DNA of 64,000 nucleotides from an uncultured Trueperaceae bacterium (GTDB taxonomy: Bacteria > Deinococcota > Deinococci > Deinococcales > Trueperaceae): positions 224,001 to 288,000 of the forward strand of contig CAVSGP010000004.1 of assembly GCA_963727505.1 (NCBI GenBank). Reading direction: 5' to 3'. The notes beneath the pieces are model-generated. The model saw only the letters and a list, made by a program, of their open reading frames with translations, had not been told where the DNA came from and did no database searches. This document shows positions 60,773-64,000 of this stretch, piece by piece (positions within the stretch are counted from its first letter, which is position 1; each line of letters begins with the position of its first letter). The position numbers were made by a program, and so were the translations under genes.

Positions 60773-61129
60773 CAGGCTCGCTCTCCTTTCGCGTTGCAGG
60801 TCCGAGTCTACCGGAGGCCATCCAAGATGTCCAGCAGGCGGCGATTCCCGCTTCGGGCGGTCGCGGCGAGCTCCGAACACCCCAACGGGTCCCGTTCCCC
60901 GACTCGCTTCTCGTCTGCGCTCGTGGCATCTCTGAAGCCCATCCGGCCGTCCCGTCCGGTCACAATCCGTCAGATGACCTACGGATCTTGCTCGGTGGCA
61001 CCGATCACTTGAACGCTGGGCACGATTCTGGTGTACACTTCGCCAACGCCGTACCGGCCCCCGTGGTACCGTCGGGTCCACCGCGGCCTCGCGCCGACCG
61101 GCACAACTCGTCCGAGGAGGGACCACTCG

Positions 61130-62470
61130 ATGGGCTTCAGCAAAGAGGACATCCGCAAGCAGCTACAGGAACACGACGTCAAGTTCCTGCGTCTGCAGTT
61201 CACGGACATCTTGGGGCACAACAAGAACGTCGAGCTGCCCGCCTCGCAGTTCGAGAAGGCGCTCGACGGCGAGATCATGTTCGACGGCTCGTCGGTGCAG
61301 GGCTTCACGCGCATCGAGGAGTCCGACATGCTCCTCGATCCCGATTTCGAGACCTTCCTCATCTTCCCCGACATCATCGAGGGAACCGAGCGCGGCACGG
61401 TGGCACGGCTGATCTGCAACATCAAGCTGCCCGACGGTTCGCCCTTCGAGGGCGATCCGCGGACCATCCTGCAGCGTGAGATCGACAAGCTCAAGAAGCT
61501 CGGCTTCGACGACATGTATGCCGGTCCCGAGCCGGAGTTCTTCCTCTTCCTGCGCGATGCCGACGGCACGCCGACGACCGTCACCCACGACAAGGCCGGC
61601 TACTTCGACCTGGCGCCGGTGGACCTCGGCGAGGACGCACGGCGCGACATGGTCAACGCGCTGGTCGAGATGGGCTTCGAGATCGAAGCGGCCCACCACG
61701 AGGTCGCGCCCGGGCAGCACGAGATCGACTTCAAGTACGACGAGGCGCTCCGGACCGCGGACGCCATCTCCACGTTCCGCATGGTGGTCAAGCGCATCGC
61801 GCTCAACCACGATCTGCACGCGACCTTCATGCCGAAGCCGGTGGCCGGCATCAACGGCTCGGGGATGCATACCCACCTGTCGGTGTTCAAGAACGGCAAG
61901 AACGCGTTCTTCGACGAGAAGGCCGAGTACCAGCTCTCCCGCACGGCGCTGAACTGGATCGCGGGGTTGCTCGAGCATGCCGCGGGCATGGTCGCGATCA
62001 CCAACCCCACGGTCAACAGCTACAAGCGTCTGACGCCGGGCTTCGAGGCTCCCACCAACATCGCGTGGTCGGCCTCCAACCGCAGCGCCATGATCCGCAT
62101 CCCGGCGCGCCGGGGGCTCGGCACCCGCAGCGAGCTGCGTATGCCCGACCCCTCGTGCAACCCCTACCTGGCGTTGGCCGTCATGCTGGCCGCCGGGCGG
62201 GACGGCATCGAACGCGACCTGATGCCGCCCCCCGCCATCCAGCGCAACATCTTCGAGATGAGCGTGCGGGATCGTCGGCGCCACAAGATCAAGGAACTCC
62301 CGGGCACCCTCCGCGAAGCCCTGGTCGCGTTGCAGAAGGACCGGACCATGGTCGAAGCACTGGGCGAGCACGCCTTCGAGCACTTCGTCGGCGCCAAGAC
62401 AAGCGAGTTCGACGACTACCGGATCGCCGTCCACGACTGGGAGCTCGACAAGTACCTGGCCGAGTACTGA
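61130..62470 (+). CDS. glnA: Glutamine synthetase type I
   Basis: 'FDGSS', 'GPEPEF', '[10 protein letters not shown]', 'FMPKP..G.NGSGMH', 'NRSA.IR'. Confidence 0.96.
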   Translation: MGFSKEDIRKQLQEHDVKFLRLQFTDILGHNKNVELPASQFEKALDGEIMFDGSSVQGFTRIEESDMLLDPDFETFLIFPDIIEGTERGTVARLICNIKLPDGSPFEGDPRTILQREIDKLKKLGFDDMYAGPEPEFFLFLRDADGTPTTVTHDKAGYFDLAPVDLGEDARRDMVNALVEMGFEIEAAHHEVAPGQHEIDFKYDEALRTADAISTFRMVVKRIALNHDLHATFMPKPVAGINGSGMHTHLSVFKNGKNAFFDEKAEYQLSRTALNWIAGLLEHAAGMVAITNPTVNSYKRLTPGFEAPTNIAWSASNRSAMIRIPARRGLGTRSELRMPDPSCNPYLALAVMLAAGRDGIERDLMPPPAIQRNIFEMSVRDRRRHKIKELPGTLREALVALQKDRTMVEALGEHAFEHFVGAKTSEFDDYRIAVHDWELDKYLAEY

Positions 62471-62494
62471 GCCGCACCTCGCGGCTCTCCTGCC

Positions 62495-63028
62495 ATGCCC
62501 AAGCCCGCTGACCAGCGTGCCGACTCCGCTCGGCCCTACATTGTGGTGGGCGTGGACCCCGGCATCGCGAACCTCGGCCTCGGAGCGATCGAGGAGGTGC
62601 GGCGAGACGCCCGCCTCCTCGCCTCCGAGGTCGTCCGCACGCGTTCCGGCGAGGCCCAGGCAACGCGACTGTTGACGTTGCGGGATGCGGTCGCCGCCTT
62701 CCTCGACGCCCACCGGCCCGACGCCCTGGCGATCGAGGGGCAGTTCTTCCATCAGCAGCGCGACGTGTCGTTCCGGGTGGGCCAGGCCTACGGCGTCGTG
62801 CTCCTGGCCGCCGCAGAACGCGGGGTGGCCGTCTTCGAGTACGGTCCCATGCAGGTCAAGCAGGCCCTGGTCGGCACAGGCCGCGCCCAGAAGACGCAGG
62901 TCGCGTTCATGGTGCGGGCGCTGCTGGGTCTCGACAAGGCCGTCGCCAACCACCACGCCGCGGACGCCCTGGCGCTGGCGCTCACGCACCTACACAGCCG
63001 GCGACTACCCTCGCAAGCCGGGCTCTGA
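62495..63028 (+). CDS. ruvC: Holliday junction resolvase RuvC
   Basis: 'GVDPG', 'AIE', 'EY.P.QVK', 'G.A.K.QV..MV', 'ADALALA'. Confidence 0.93.
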   Translation: MPKPADQRADSARPYIVVGVDPGIANLGLGAIEEVRRDARLLASEVVRTRSGEAQATRLLTLRDAVAAFLDAHRPDALAIEGQFFHQQRDVSFRVGQAYGVVLLAAAERGVAVFEYGPMQVKQALVGTGRAQKTQVAFMVRALLGLDKAVANHHAADALALALTHLHSRRLPSQAGL

Positions 63029-63127
63029 GCGCCACGCGCGCCGGACCACGTGCCGCCGTGCCGACCGTCCTTCGATCGACAGGTCGGCTCAGCGGTCAAC
63101 GCACGCTCCGTCGTGCGCTTCGTTCCG

Positions 63128-64000
63128 CTACTTCGTCTTCTTGCCCGTCTTCCTCTTCGTCGCTCGCTTCGTCGAATCCTTCGGTCCGCGCTTCGCAGTC
63201 CGCTTCGAGGCGGGTTGCGGCGTTGCGGAACCGTCGCCCCCCGCGGCCGCCGCACGCTCCGCCAGACCCTCGCGCAGCCGGTCGAAGCGGTAGCCGCTGG
63301 CACGCTCGACGCGCTCGAGCTCGCGCCGAAGCGTCCCGAGCACCGTCTTGGCGGCGCCGGAGGCGGCCGCGAGCCCCCGCGCACCGGCACACAGCAGCCG
63401 GAAGCGCTCCTGCCGGAACCAGCGCTCACCCCCGTGCTCGTGCACGTCGAGGAACTCCTGCGCCGCCGCGTCGCCTGTGATGGCGTCGAGCAGCGACGCC
63501 ACCTCGATCTCGGCCCCGTGGGGCGCCAGCCGCGTGAGCAGCGCAGGCAGTCGGGCGGCCGCCCAGGGATCGGCCACACCGGACGACGCCAGCGCACCCT
63601 CCAGGGCGCCCTGCAACCGCAGCGAGGCGTAGAGTTGCTCGCCTCCCTCCAGCGCGCCCAACGCCAGCGCTGCCCGCAGCGCAGCGGCGACGCCGAGGCC
63701 GCTCGCCTCCGCCGCCTCTACGCCGGCGCGATCCAGCGCCGTCGCTGCGGCGTCGTCGATCACGACCGCCACGTCCTTGGCCGCGCTGCCGGAAGCGCCT
63801 GTTTCCGAAGCACCGCCTTCCGAAGCATCGACCTCGGAAGCACCGATCTCGGAAGCACCTGTGCCGCCGGTGCGCGGGGACGCGCTCTCCTCCACCGGGC
63901 GGGCCGCCTGTCGTTGGCCGCCGGCGCCGCGCTTCCGAGGCGTGCCCCGCAGGGCCGTCGTCAGCGCCTCGACCGCGGCGAGATCGCCCGCGGTGTCCTC
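63128..64000 (-). CDS. C-terminal part of a large protein running off the window; function unassigned
   Basis: Frame is open from 64000 to the stop at 63128; ends in a Lys-rich tail. 'EFLDVHEHGGERWFRQERF' is reminiscent of the C-termini of some large GH13 proteins (unverified). Confidence 0.5.
   Translation of the reverse strand, partial: EDTAGDLAAVEALTTALRGTPRKRGAGGQRQAARPVEESASPRTGGTGASEIGASEVDASEGGASETGASGSAAKDVAVVIDDAAATALDRAGVEAAEASGLGVAAALRAALALGALEGGEQLYASLRLQGALEGALASSGVADPWAAARLPALLTRLAPHGAEIEVASLLDAITGDAAAQEFLDVHEHGGERWFRQERFRLLCAGARGLAAASGAAKTVLGTLRRELERVERASGYRFDRLREGLAERAAAAGGDGSATPQPASKRTAKRGPKDSTKRATKRKTGKKTK
63790..63864. repeat. Imperfect 15-bp tandem repeat (5 copies) encoding G/D-A-S-E-x
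   Basis: Units CGGAAGCGCCTGTTT / CCGAAGCACCGCCTT / CCGAAGCATCGACCT / CGGAAGCACCGATCT / CGGAAGCACCTGTGC; protein GASEIGASEVDASEGGASETGAS. Confidence 0.8.

Overview
High-GC bacterial chromosomal segment, most consistent with Deinococcota (Trueperaceae-like). This is inferred from the RF1 insertion, type-2 IleRS, nested-beta aspartokinase and many leaderless TANNNT promoters. It is mostly housekeeping: prfA, moeA, miaB, tig-clpP-clpX, Rrf2-cysteine desulfurase, rho, T-box-ileS, gap-pgk, etfBA, acyl-CoA dehydrogenases, ask, a liv-type ABC transporter, glnA, ruvC and six tRNAs. Accessory blocks are: (i) FTR1 iron permease + hydantoinase/oxoprolinase-like gene + membrane protein; (ii) a complete group 3b [NiFe]-hydrogenase operon with an embedded stand-alone cNMP-binding protein; (iii) a ~6 kb block inside a tRNA cluster carrying a cysteine-free receiver-glutaredoxin-like-thioredoxin-reductase fusion and two soluble cNMP-domain histidine kinases; (iv) a split RLAN/ATP-grasp ligase converging on a GNAT-C39 peptidase fusion. 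Sequence-level oddities include an ATT start on miaB, a GVHH (non-HIGH) IleRS motif, a Rho with a long repetitive disordered N-terminus, interlocked rho/ileS promoters and an FG-GAP gene relic. No integrase, transposase, CRISPR array or rRNA was seen. Starts were refined by eye, and product calls rest on motif recognition rather than database searches.
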